The notes beneath the pieces are model-generated. The model was not told the origin of the DNA and did no database searches. It was given only the letters and a program-made list of their open reading frames with translations. The position numbers and the translations under genes were made by a program. From the NCBI RefSeq assembly GCF_006345805.1, contig NC_042999.1:130138001-130202000 (forward strand): 64,000 nt of DNA. The letters run 5' to 3'. Source of the DNA: Octopus sinensis. Its lineage: Eukaryota. Of this stretch, positions 1 to 10,930 are shown piece by piece. Each line of letters opens with the position of its first letter. The stretch's first letter is position 1.

Positions 1-737
1 ACCGTCTGTGAGAAAAACAGTACTATTACGCATTTCACTCTGCCGGAAATTTGGAAACGACATTCTGTACTATTTGGCATTCACACCGAAGCTCCAATAC
101 GAAAAGATGGTGAGCACACAGAACAATCGTTGGCTTGCTGTGTCCCCAAAACATGTACCGAGAGTGATAAAAATCAAACATCCAGTCAGCATCATTATGT
201 TTGGAGTGATCACTAGTGATGACCACGTCTTGCCTCCATTCATCTTCCCACATGGCCTCAGACTCAACACGGAGGCCTGCATCAAGTACCTGGAGGAGGT
301 AATATTGCCCTAGGGTGGTTGCTGGAAGACCCTCTGTCTGGCAACGGGACTCTGCACCATACCACACAAGCAGGAGAACCCAGTCATTGCTGTCGGACCC
401 CTAACATCTGGCCACCTAATTCCCCAGATTGCAACCCCCTTGATTATTATGTGTGGGACGCAGTTGAGCGAGAGACCAATAAAACTCCTTGTAACACCAA
501 AGATGAAATGAAGGCAAGGATTATGGCAGCATTGACTAACTTAAACAAGGAGACCGCCCAGAAGAGCTGCAAGGAATTCCGAAGTCTTCTAGAGGCCGTG
601 GTTGAAGCCAATGGTGATTTTATTGAATAAATTTACTCTTTAGTATTTGAAGATATTTTTATGTAATTTTGGTAAATATATCTGTTAAAATTTTCATATT
701 TGCGTAATTTTGACTACAATATATCCACCGCACCCTG
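1..737 (+). mobile_element. Tc1/mariner-superfamily (DD37D/maT-like) transposon, 3' part; disrupted transposase plus right TIR
   Basis: ORFs 8-313 and 319-630 give MFGVITSDDHVLPPFIF and WPPNSPDCNPLDYYVW...VVEANGDFIE, a DDD transposase C-terminus. The element ends CACCCTG followed by TA. Confidence 0.85.
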
Positions 738-748
738 TATATATATAT

Positions 749-821
<73 letters not shown>
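738..821. repeat. (TA)n microsatellite (one of dozens of TA/CA/TACA/GA tracts in the window)
   Basis: Directly visible. Confidence 0.95.
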
Positions 822-825
<4 letters not shown>

Positions 826-854
826 AATTTGTTTTTGTGTATGCGTTTGTCTTC

Positions 855-993
855 CATCTTACCAAATCCACTCATAAGACTTTGGTCGGTCTGAGGCTAT
901 GGAAGATGACACTTGCTCAAGGTGTCACGCAATGGAACTGAACCCAGAACCTTGTGGTTGGGAAACATACTTCTTACCACATAGTCACACCTA
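855..993 (-). mobile_element. SINE family A, 5' fragment (tRNA head plus CORE-like domain)
   Basis: Diverged match to the head of the full copies at 34969-35374 and 59824-60298. Confidence 0.75.
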
Positions 994-1311
994 CAGCTAT
1001 ATACACGCACGCACACAAACACACACACGCACACGCATTTATTGCACTATTTTATTTTATTCCTTGACTTCCCCTGTCTCCAATCATCTGTCACACTATT
1101 TTCACTCAGTACACACCAGCACATCCACCTTTTCTGCTCTTCTATCCTTTTCTGTCTCTCGTATTCACCTTGTACTCGGTTCTCACATCTCTTTCTGTCT
1201 CTCTTTCTCTGACTTTCTAGGTGGACAAGCCATACATTCACTTCTTCAGCAAGACACTTCTTTTTTCTCCTTCTGTCATAGTTTCTTATCCCTCCCGTCT
1301 ATACCGCCACT

Positions 1312-1541
1312 CAGTTGAGGGTGTCTAGTCTTGCAGGTACTTGGTAACTTCCCCAGTGCAGGTGCCATGTAAAAAAGCACCAAGTACACTTTGTTTAAGT
1401 GGTTAGCATTTGGAAGGGCATCCAGCTGTAGAAACCATACAAGAGTAAACATGGAACCTGGTGCAGCCGTCTGGCTTGTCATTGCTTGTCAAACCGTTTT
1501 ACCCATACCATCATGGAAAAGGGGATATTAAATGATGATGG
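1312..1541 (+). mobile_element. Interspersed retroposon 3' fragment with (TGA)n tail
   Basis: GGAAGGGCATCCAGC...AAATGATGATG; a diverged second copy lies near 30000-30145. Confidence 0.5.
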
Positions 1542-1549
1542 TATACACA

Positions 1550-1875
1550 CGCATAACTCAATGGTTAGAATGTCAAGCTCACAATCACGAGGTAGTGAGT
1601 TTGATTCCCAGACCGGGATTGTGTTCCTGAACAAAACACTTTCTTTCACGTTGCTCCAGTTCATTCAGCTGTAGAAATGAATTGCGACGTCACTGATGCC
1701 AAGCTGTATCAGCCTCTACCTTTCCCTTGGATAACATCGGTGGTGTGGAGAAAGGAGTCTGGTATGCATGGGCGACTGCTGGTCTTCCAGAAACAACCTT
1801 GCCTGGGCTTGTCTCTCGGAGGGAAACTTTCTAGGTGCAATACCATGGTCATTCATGACCGAAGGCGGTCTTTAC
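1550..1875 (+). mobile_element. tRNA-derived SINE (family C-related), diverged
   Basis: A-box-like TAACTCAATGG, B-box-like GTTTGATTCC, then GTGTTCCTGAACAAAACACTT core; related to 18782-19041. Confidence 0.6.
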
Positions 1876-2792
1876 TTTATATATATATTACTTATTATAT
1901 ATTGTTTATTCATTTTTCTACTTTTTGTAATCTAGTTATATGTTTTAAAATATTTTATTTTATATTTATGATTTGGTTTATATCTATCATTGTTTGAATT
2001 GCAAAATAGTAGTTTTTCTCTAATTTATATATATTATATATTTATATTGTGAAATTTGATTTAATACTAAATCGAATTTTTCTCTGTAAGTTTGGAGTTA
2101 TATTCCCTAATACGTGCGTACGCACACACACATGCACACACACGAAAGTAAATGAAAGATGCCCTATGCGCTACAAATGTATATGTGAGTACAAGTGAAA
2201 CGACATGGGAAATTAAAAGATAAATGGGCAGGGAAAGCCCCAACTCAAAAGTCTAGAATCAAGAGGAATTTCTCATGACCACTGCTTTTTCTTCTTCTCT
2301 ATATCTTTCTTTCTCCGTCTTTATCTTTCTCTCTCTCTCTCACCGCATTTCTTCTATCGCTTCCTCAAACTTCTATTCCCGTACCCATCCCAGCATGCTT
2401 GTCTCTTACCCTTTTTTAAAATCACAATCACTGTCTTGTTCACACGTAACAAGTCTTGCTTCTTCTTCCTTCTTCCGTTTCCTAGTAACACTTTTGCGTC
2501 TTTCGGGCGCAATCGAAAGATTACATTCTTTTACGTTGAACTGTGTTACTATTTTTTTTCGTCTGTAATACCTCGTGTTTTAAGTCTTCAGAATTCTGTT
2601 CTATTACTAGGATCCACTACTAGGATTACCATTACTAGGATCCACTAGATTAATGGTACTGCAAGGTACATGCACCGAAACAGCCCTGATTATTGATGCT
2701 AGAGCTGAGGAGAAATTTTCTGTCTATTTGTCATTTTCCGTTAGCCGTTCTTTATATAGTTTCATTCGTGCTAACACGCACACACACACGCA

Positions 2793-2864
<72 letters not shown>

Positions 2865-3044
2865 GATTACTGTTTTCCTCTTGTGTACCTCCATAGCTAT
2901 TTGATGCTCAAAGACTAGTTTTATAGATACTTCTTTCAAAACCTCTATTTTGATTTTCACACATTCACTTGTGCGGGTTGAACTATAAAAGTTGTTAGAG
3001 AAAGAAACCTGTTTCTTGCAATAAATGCATGTAAAGCAAAATTT

Positions 3045-3158
3045 TCCCATGGACCCTTAATATATTGCTGTGGATCCACAATTTACTATTTTGTTTGTAG
3101 CCCCCAAAATCTTCTACAGACCCCCAGGGGTCATATGGACCCCAGTTAAGAACCACTG
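3045..3158. mobile_element. hAT-like MITE end
   Basis: Subterminal GGACCCC repeats ending in GTTAAGAACCACTG (reverse complement CAGTGGTTCTTAAC), typical of hAT/Charlie TIRs. Confidence 0.5.
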
Positions 3159-3987
3159 TTGTAGATAATGATACTACATGGAAACTGGTTGTAAGTGAAT
3201 AGCATTGTAAATTAACGTTAATAAATAGCTGGCTTTGACAAGAAATGACAAGCCAGACGGCTGCACCATGTTAAGATCAGCTGATATTGTTATATCAACA
3301 ATCCTGGAGTCAGACCCGACTTAATCTTCGTTTCTAAGTGAGTATTATTAGATTTGAAAATAAATAACAGCTAGATTATATATGCCATGATACTAGATTA
3401 GCAGAACTATTTAGAGAACAGAATTATTATAAATAAAATCAGTTTCAACCAATGATTTTTCAACTAATTTATACATATAAATTAACTTCTCACCATGAAA
3501 ATGAACACAGAATGTGTGCTGGGAGTATGTCGCCCATCTTTGGTTCATATTTTTGTCATTCTTCCATTTTCCTTCCTTCTACTCATTTGTCCAATCTATG
3601 ACTTTAAACTGCATACAGTGATGAAGCTCTTGTTCGGGAGTTCCAGGCTTCTGAGGAATGTGGAACTACCTCTTAGCACCTGCATAACAATTCTTTCTCT
3701 CTTCTCACCATGTTATACCACTCAACCATTTTTTCTGATCATGGATTTACCTAAAGAAGACCCGATCTAACTGGATTTAATTGGATCCACCTACCCTCCG
3801 GGACATAACGAACCACTACATATATAATTGATGCGGAACTTTCTTTCACTATCTCACCTATATTTTCTCCGATGACGGAATATCCAACTTATAGAAGCTT
3901 CGCTCGATATGATGCTCTAATAGCTGGGATATCCCAGAAACAGATGTCAGAGTCAGGAATGAGAACTCAGGTTCGGAATTTCCCCAA

Positions 3988-4033
3988 GACACCTGATGAA
4001 GGTTGGAGGGTATTTCGGCCGAAACGTTGTGTT
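3988..4033 (+). ncRNA. Minimal type I hammerhead ribozyme motif
   Basis: Stem I GACAC/GTGTT, CTGATGA, stem II GGTTGGA/TTCGGCC, GAAA, palindromic AACGTT stem III, GUU triplet. Confidence 0.7.
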
Positions 4034-4972
4034 AACAACAAACAAGATGAGAACAAATATCCGTCAATTGTAAATTAACTTCTTTCATCTCATCGAGAGT
4101 CTCTTTTGGTGTACGACCTTTCAATTATAAAATCCTGTTCACTGATCTGCATTCAACCGCCTCCATTATAACATCGTAGTCCACTTCAGCAGTTGTAAAA
4201 GACTAAAGAATACTAGTAGAAAGCTGCAATTTACAATGCGACATTCAAAGACATGTATGATTACATCTGTACAAGTTCTGTTTCGTGCAATAACCGGAAG
4301 TGGGTCAGTAGAAATCTTTAATAAACACCCCACGTATACTTCTTAGCATCTATTGTTCTCGATCTACTCTGATCCGAAGTAATAGCAGGGGTCAGGGTCC
4401 CAGCTATAGGCTAATTAGTATTCACTGAATAAACTTCAATCACTAACCCTCACTACTTTGTGAGTACCTTAGGAAAGGATAAGACTAGGAGAGTTGACTT
4501 TGACAGCAAATCAAGAAGGCGAGTCACTTAGGCGATCCGATGCCCTCTTTAATACCGCTCCGTAAGTCCGGAGAAAGTGGAGCTTTCCTGCCCTGTAAGA
4601 CAATTCATCTAGAAGAAGGCCACTTCAACGTAAAACCTACTACTTGCTGGTTATCACAGTCGTCTTAGCCCGCTTAGTCCGCATCGCCACTGTGGTCTGA
4701 TCTCCAAGGAACTGGACTGCGCAGAGTTACTGTCAGTTTAAAACTACTAGGTACAGGCAGGAAGAAAAATCAAGGATCCCTTTACGTAGCCATTTGAGGG
4801 CGTACCCTTCTTTCTGATGGTCTTTGGACACGAAGAAACTGCCGTCACCCATTGTCGCTTCAAGATACGACTAACTAGTTGTGGAGGTGTGCATAGAAAT
4901 TCTCTCACACTATTTCATCCTTCCTGCTTCCTAGCTTCTTCTTCTTTCTCTTCATAGCTAAATGTTCTTCAA

Positions 4973-5407
4973 TGTCTTCGCCGCATTCTTCGCTGCCGGC
5001 CCATTGATCGGGTTCCTACAACCGGTCTTCGTCGTCGCCCGAATCTCCGGCCCCTCCCTTCAGTGCTTCTACAACGGCGCCTAAGCTGGTTCGGTCATGC
5101 GGCCCGGTGTCCAGAGGGTGAGCTGATTCGCGATGTCCTCCTCTCACCTCCATTTCCCAGCTGGCGCAAACGCAGGGGCGGGCAGCTGAAGACCTGGGCA
5201 ACGACGATAAAGGAAGACCTCTCCGAACTCTCAGGTCCGCAGGTGGTCGGTCTGCGCAGATGGAACCGCAAATGGCTTGCTATCTCCAGTAACCTCGCAC
5301 AGGACCGTCGAGCGTGGACTGCCATGGTTCGTGATGCCGTTAGGAACAGAGAAGAAGCCTGCTCAACCCACCCTGGGTGAACGCCGTCACAAGTACAAGT
5401 ACAAGTA
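4973..5407 (+). mobile_element. 5'-truncated RTE-like LINE with TSD
   Basis: ORF 5063-5380 RRLSWFGHAAR...KRRGGQLKTW...AQDRRAW is an RTE ORF C-terminus. It has a (CAAGTA)n tail and is flanked by a GTTCTTCAA duplication. Confidence 0.85.
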
Positions 5408-5689
5408 AGTTCTTCAAAAGTATTTCCCATGAGTTTGAGAACTATTGGAAAAATTACATCTCCTTTTCTCTTGGCTGAACAATAAACTCGAATTTACTAT
5501 AAAAATCTTGTACGTCTTTTAACTATATTTTGTGTTCATTTTATTTTTAATGATCGTTTTGCCTATGCTGTTAATGCATACGTATGTTTCCTCTTTTTCT
5601 GTCTCTTCTTTTTATTATCACGACTCTCTACTTCTATTCTTCCCTCGCTTTACTATTCAAATCTCCGAAAACTTAAGTATATTCACCTC

Positions 5690-5743
5690 TCCTCTTTTCT
5701 TTTTTCTTTCTTTTTTCCTTCCTTCCTTCCTTCTTTCTTTCAT

Positions 5744-5795
<52 letters not shown>

Positions 5796-5842
5796 TCCCT
5801 CCTTCCTTCCTTCCTTCCTTCCTTCCTTCCTTCCTTCCTTTC

Positions 5843-5873
<31 letters not shown>

Positions 5874-6120
5874 TTCCTTCCTTCCTTCCTTCCTTCCTTC
5901 CTTCTTTCTTTCTTTCTTTCTTTCTTTCTTTCCTCCTCTTCCTTCCTCCTTCCTTCCTTTCTTCCTTCCTTCCTTCCTTCTTCTTCTTTCTTTCTTTCTT
6001 TCTTTCTTTCTTCTTATTTCCTTTCTTTTCTTTCTTCTTTCTTTCTTTCTTTCATTCCTTCTTCCTTCCTTTCCTTCCTTCCTTCCTTCTTCCTTCCTTC
6101 CTTCCTTCTTTCTTCTTTCT

Positions 6121-6153
<33 letters not shown>

Positions 6154-6412
6154 TTTCTTTCTTTCTTTCTTCTTCCTTCTTCCTTCCTTCTTCCTTCCTC
6201 CTCTTCCTTCCTCCTCCTTTTCTTTTTTCTTTCTTCTTTCTTTCTTCTTCTTTCTTTCTCCCCCTTCTTCCTTCCTTCCTTCCTTCCTTCCTTCCGTGGC
6301 TCCTTCTTTCTTTCTTCTTTCTTTCTTTATGTTTTTCTTTTTCTTTATTTCTCTCTTTTCTTTCTTTCTTTTTTTTTTTTCTTTCTTTTCTTTCTTTTCT
6401 TTCTTTCTTTCT
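5690..6412. repeat. Long (CTTT/CCTT)n polypyrimidine tract
   Basis: Directly visible; a second (CTTT)n tract at about 6680-6756. Confidence 0.95.
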
Positions 6413-6682
6413 CTAGTCATCCTGGTACGTTATCATCAACCTTATGTTATTTTTTTTATACGTTTCCCAAATAAATATTTATCCTTTCTTTCTACTGCTT
6501 CACACTCCTTCTTAATAATAAACACACCTTTCAACTTCTTACCCTACCCCCTTCTCTGCTTCCTTCTCTCCATATTCAGTCAGTTGCATAATGCCAAGCC
6601 TTACATTTTCTTATTCACTTCTGACAAAAACAACTTTTGTGTATACAGCTATTTATGTTCACTGTTCAGTGAAAGCTCTACT

Positions 6683-6754
<72 letters not shown>

Positions 6755-7099
6755 TCCTTTGTGCTTCTCTTCACCCTCCTTTTCTTTTTCTCTTATATGT
6801 ATATCTTATTCCTCACTCTGTCATTCATTTCTGACACTTATAGCTAAATATGTTTTATCAACCGTTATGTATTTTTAATGTAGATCTTTGTGGTTTTCGT
6901 TACTGTCTACAGTTTTGTTTCAGGTTTTCAAATTTGGAACATGGATTAAAAGTCTTGTATACTTGTTATGAAAATGAAATTCATTTTCCCTATAAATCCA
7001 TAATTAAAAAGTTGCTAGCCTTTAAAATTTGCAAAATTTGGGTATTTTAGCCAACCAGAAGCAAATATTTTAGATATCACCTTGGCGAAGAAGTCTGTT

Positions 7100-7479
7100 T
7101 CTATAGTAACCAAAACGAAGAAGCACACGTGTTCCATAGCTGATTGCGAAGAACACTTTTTCCATAGTAACCAAAGATGCTGCGCATGAGCACTAGGAAT
7201 GTAACCACCACTTGTTCTAGAGCTGTTTATTTTCATAACAGATAGAACTCACACTCAACAATTTTAGTAAAGTTGAGTGTGAGATAGAAGTCACACTCAA
7301 CAATTTTAGTTTGCTAAACTTGTTGAATGTGAGTTCTATCTGTTATGAAAATAAACAGCTATAGAACAAGTGGTGGTTATATTCCTAGTGCGCATGCGCA
7401 GCATCTTTGGTTACTATGGAAACAGAGTTCTTCGCAATCAGCTATGGAACACGTGGTGCTTCTTTGTTTTGGTTACTAT
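7100..7479. mobile_element. Foldback MITE-like palindrome (arms about 170 bp)
   Basis: 7102-7270 is the reverse complement of 7310-7479; this explains the twin ORFs MKINSxRTSGGY on opposite strands. Confidence 0.85.
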
Positions 7480-7811
7480 ATCCCAGACATTTTGCTATCC
7501 CAGAAACAGATGTCAGAGTCTATATTTACCATTTTGTACTAATTTAAAACTATTCGTTAATGTAGCTAAATTCTAAGTTTTAGATTGAATGTAAAATGAA
7601 ATTAAATGTCCTTCTGTAGCATTGTCTAACTGTTTGCCTTTCTTCACTACTTTAACCTACGAGGGGTGTTCATTAAAGATTTTCCCTGACCCACTTCCCA
7701 AGGATTGAGATAAACGAAACTTGAAATAATTATTAGTCCTTTTCTACGTAGCCACCGACAATGGTGACATCTCTCATCGCTTTATACAGCCGTGAAAACA
7801 TCGTCTGTAGA

Positions 7812-8037
7812 TGCCCACGGGCATATAGCGTAGTGGTTAAGAACGCGGGCTACTAACCCCAAGATTCCGAATTCGATTCCAGGCAATGACCTTTGAAAAA
7901 TACCTTAGGAATGAGAACCCAGGTTCGAAATTTCCCCAAGACACCTGATGAAGGTTGGAGGGTATATCGGCTGAAACGTTGCGTTAACAACAAACAAGAT
8001 GAGAACAAGTATCCGTCAATTGTAAATAATGAAAATA
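7812..8037 (+). mobile_element. tRNA-derived SINE with hammerhead-containing 3' half
   Basis: A box TAGCGTAGTGG, B-box-like AATTCGATTCC, HHR at 7940-7985, A/T-rich end, 12-bp TSD ATCGTCTGTAGA (7800-7811 and 8038-8049). Confidence 0.8.
7940..7985 (+). ncRNA. Minimal type I hammerhead ribozyme motif (somewhat decayed)
   Basis: GACAC-CTGATGA-A-GGTTGG..TCGGCT-GAAA-CG-TT-GCGTT; one stem I mismatch. Confidence 0.6.
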
Positions 8038-8892
8038 ATCGTCTGTAGAAGTTGGTAGGTTGTGACTGGAGCTAAGACTTTACCTCGGAAATAATAATAA
8101 AAATAAAATGAACACAAAATAATATCTTAGTCCTCTTCAGCAGCCATAAAAGACCAACGAATACTAGTGGAAAGCTGCAATTTACAATGTGACATTTAAA
8201 GACATGCAATAACCGGAAGTGGGCCAGGAGAAATCTTTAATAAACACCCCTCATATACTTCTTAGCATCTATTGTTCAGCCAAGAGAAAAGGAAATGTAA
8301 GTTTTCTAATAATTCTCAAACTCCTGGGAAATACCTTTGAAGAACATTTAACTATGAAGAGAAAGAAAGAAAAATAAGCTGGGAAGCGGGAAAGTCGAAA
8401 TAGTGTGAGAGAATTTCTATGCACACTCCACAACTAGTTAGTCGTATTGTGATGTGACAATGGGTGACGGCAGTTTCTTCGTGTCCAAAGACCATCAGAA
8501 AGAAGGGTACGCCCTCAAATGGCTATGTAAACTCATTTCCGAGGTAACATCTTAGGTACCAGAGTTCTTCGCCACGGTGATGTCTAAAATACTCGCTTCT
8601 GATTGGCTAAAATACACAAATGTTTTGACATGCCGATGCCCCCCACCCCCACGCCCTGATGATAGAAGAGGCAGCGAACGCGCTGTTTTCTGATTGGCTG
8701 AAAATTCCGAAAATTATCAATGTTTGAACACCTGCAACATTTTTACAAAATATTTCTGGAATAAATGAATAACAAATTCGGATTCAGCGTCAAAAATTAC
8801 ATCTATATGATACATTAAAAAAATTTTTTAAAGGTAATTGTAAACAGTGACGAAAACCACAAAGATCCTTTAATGTTATAAAACAAGTTTTA

Positions 8893-10177
8893 TTAGGTTG
8901 CCAAGAAAGTGCTTGCGGTTTTTAACCTTTAAATTCAGATGCACATATCTCGGCTCAAACAAAACTTTATTATTCGAAATAAACACCATCAGAATCAACA
9001 CATTTTTGCCAATGCGAAACAAGTTAATTTATGCCAGTAGCATAAAAATCCATCCTGCGTTCTGGTGGCGATGAAGTCGTTGAAGGCATGTTTGGCATCG
9101 TCTTAGTTTTGGAAGCATTTCTCACGCAGGAAGTTGTCGAGATGCTTGAATAAGTGGTAGTCGGTAGGCAAGAGGTCTGGTGAATATGGCGGATGAGGCA
9201 GAGTTTCGTAGCCCAATTCGTTCAACTACTGCAGGGTCAGTTGTGCGACGTGCGGTCGAACATTGTCGTGGAGAAGAATTGGTCCTTTTCTATTGACCAA
9301 TGCTAGTTGTTGTTGTCGGAGTTTCTTATGCATTTTATCCATTTGCTGACAATACTTCTCCGCCGTAATGGTTTCGCCTGGATCCAAAAAAGCTGTGATG
9401 GATGCGACCGGCCGCAGACCACCAAACAGTCACCACGACCTTCTTTTGGTGCAAATTTGTCTTCGGGAGATACCGTGGAGCTTCGTCGGCGTCCAACCAC
9501 TGTGCTGAGCGTCGCCGGTTGTCGTAAAAGATCCACTTTTCACCGCAAGTCACAAGCCGGTCGAGAAACGGGACGTTCTTGTTGCGTAAAAGAAGGGAAG
9601 ACGACACTTCAAAACACCGTTTTTTTTGTTGTTCAATTCGTGCGGCACCCATTTCTCAAGTATTTTTATTTTTCCAATCTCTTTCAAGTGTTTGGAAATT
9701 ATCGTATACGTACGTCTAATTCAGAAGTAAGCTCTCGAACAGTTGTGCGTGGATAGACTTCGACTAACGCTCTTAGTTGATCGTTGTCAACATCCGATGG
9801 CCGACCACTAAGCTGTTCATCTTCAAGACTCTCGTCACTGCTACGAAATTTCTTGAACCACCATTGTACTGTACGTTTATTAGTGGTTCCTGGGCCAAAC
9901 GCATCGTTGAAATCGCGAGCTGTTTCAGCAACTTATCGGCCTAGCTTGAACTGGAATAAGAAAATTGTGCGAATTTGTTTTTTGTCTATTTGTATTCAAC
10001 GTTCTGGAAAAAATGGTCTAATTATTCAAATAGAAAAAGAGTAACACGATTAGATAGAGCGAAAAATGGGCTTTGAAATGATATATAAAGTCAAAGTAAT
10101 TTAACGAAATTTAATTTAAAAATACATAATTTAAAACCAAAATTAAAAATTCCGCAAGAACTTTCTTGACAACCTAA
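8893..10177 (-). mobile_element. Full-length mariner (Hsmar1/cecropia-like), 1285 bp
   Basis: TIRs TTAGGTTGCCAAGAAAGTGCTTGCGG / CCGCAAGAACTTTCTTGACAACCTAA with TA TSD on both sides. Confidence 0.92.
8970..9990 (-). pseudogene. Mariner DD34D transposase pseudogene
   Basis: DKKQIRTIFLFQFKLG, TVQWWFKKF, FLDRLVTCGEKWIFYDNRRRSAQW, HDNVRPH, HPPYSPDLLPTDYHLF, WQKCVDSDGVYFE*; contains stops and frameshifts. Confidence 0.92.
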
Positions 10178-10754
10178 TAGAATCTCGAATTTATAAACCT
10201 AGCTTTAACGCTTGTATACACCTATCATTTAAAGTTTAGTTTTCCAGTCTTTTAAAAACCGAAAAAATACACACAAGAAACGAACAATAAAAACAATCGT
10301 AGTAACGACTGTGTCAAATCTCAATTTTTATTTCTGTAATTTTATATGCAGTTGTTGCTGAGTGTTTAAGAAGTTTGCTTACCAACTATGTGTTTAGTTC
10401 CTCTGCCATATGAGTGAAATTGGGGAGGCAGAAACTATTTTGAAGACTGTGTCGTGCTGATTCTATCTGAGATTTACGTTAAGGGTACATGTACCTGTGA
10501 AAGTCACGCACGTTAATTCAATGAGAAGGTCGTTCAGGTAATCGAACGATTGGAGGCTCATAAGTCAAAATAAAGTTGAGAATCCACTACAAACATACAG
10601 ATACACGCATATACACATGCAACAAATATATATGCAGCGGCTTATTGCACATGTAGAAACAACAATGCATGCAATATAGAAATGATAATATATGAAGCAG
10701 ACGTTATCTCTGTTAAACCGAATAACACAATAGAGCGTAAAAACATTACTTCAA

Positions 10755-10809
<55 letters not shown>

Positions 10810-10897
10810 ACAATATGCATATATATATATATGCTATTGTGTCTGGGGAGAGTCATTTTCTTTTTGTGCCTTATAATGTAACGAAATATATATTATA

Positions 10898-10930
<33 letters not shown>

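Larger units (their letters stand above)
7658..8090. mobile_element. Mariner-like terminal fragment interrupted by a SINE
   Basis: Begins TA-CGAGGGGTGTTCATTAAAG, a mariner-type TIR start; the sequence resumes after the SINE TSD. Confidence 0.45.
6882..8868. mobile_element. Non-autonomous composite DNA transposon with (G)GATCTTTGTGGTTTTCGT TIRs and 8-bp TSD
   Basis: TIRs at 6882-6910 and 8838-8868; TSD TTTAATGT at 6874-6881 and 8869-8876; further subterminal inverted match 7040-7090 vs 8565-8615. Confidence 0.75.

Noticed and set aside
5532-6878. 294-aa and overlapping F/L/S-rich or K/E/R-rich ORFs
   Set aside because: Translations of CTTT/CCTT repeats that lack stop codons by composition.
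7015-7542. Twin ORFs MKINSxRTSGGYIPSAHAQHLW on opposite strands
   Set aside because: By-product of the palindromic element; no coding evidence.
7819-7890. Functional tRNA gene (also SINE heads at about 19040, 24505, 42710 and 59825)
   Set aside because: No proper acceptor stem or adjacent oligo-T terminator; each continues into a SINE body.
8655-8690. CTGATGA as a hammerhead core (also about 26617 and 61103)
   Set aside because: No properly placed stem II, GAAA or stem I.
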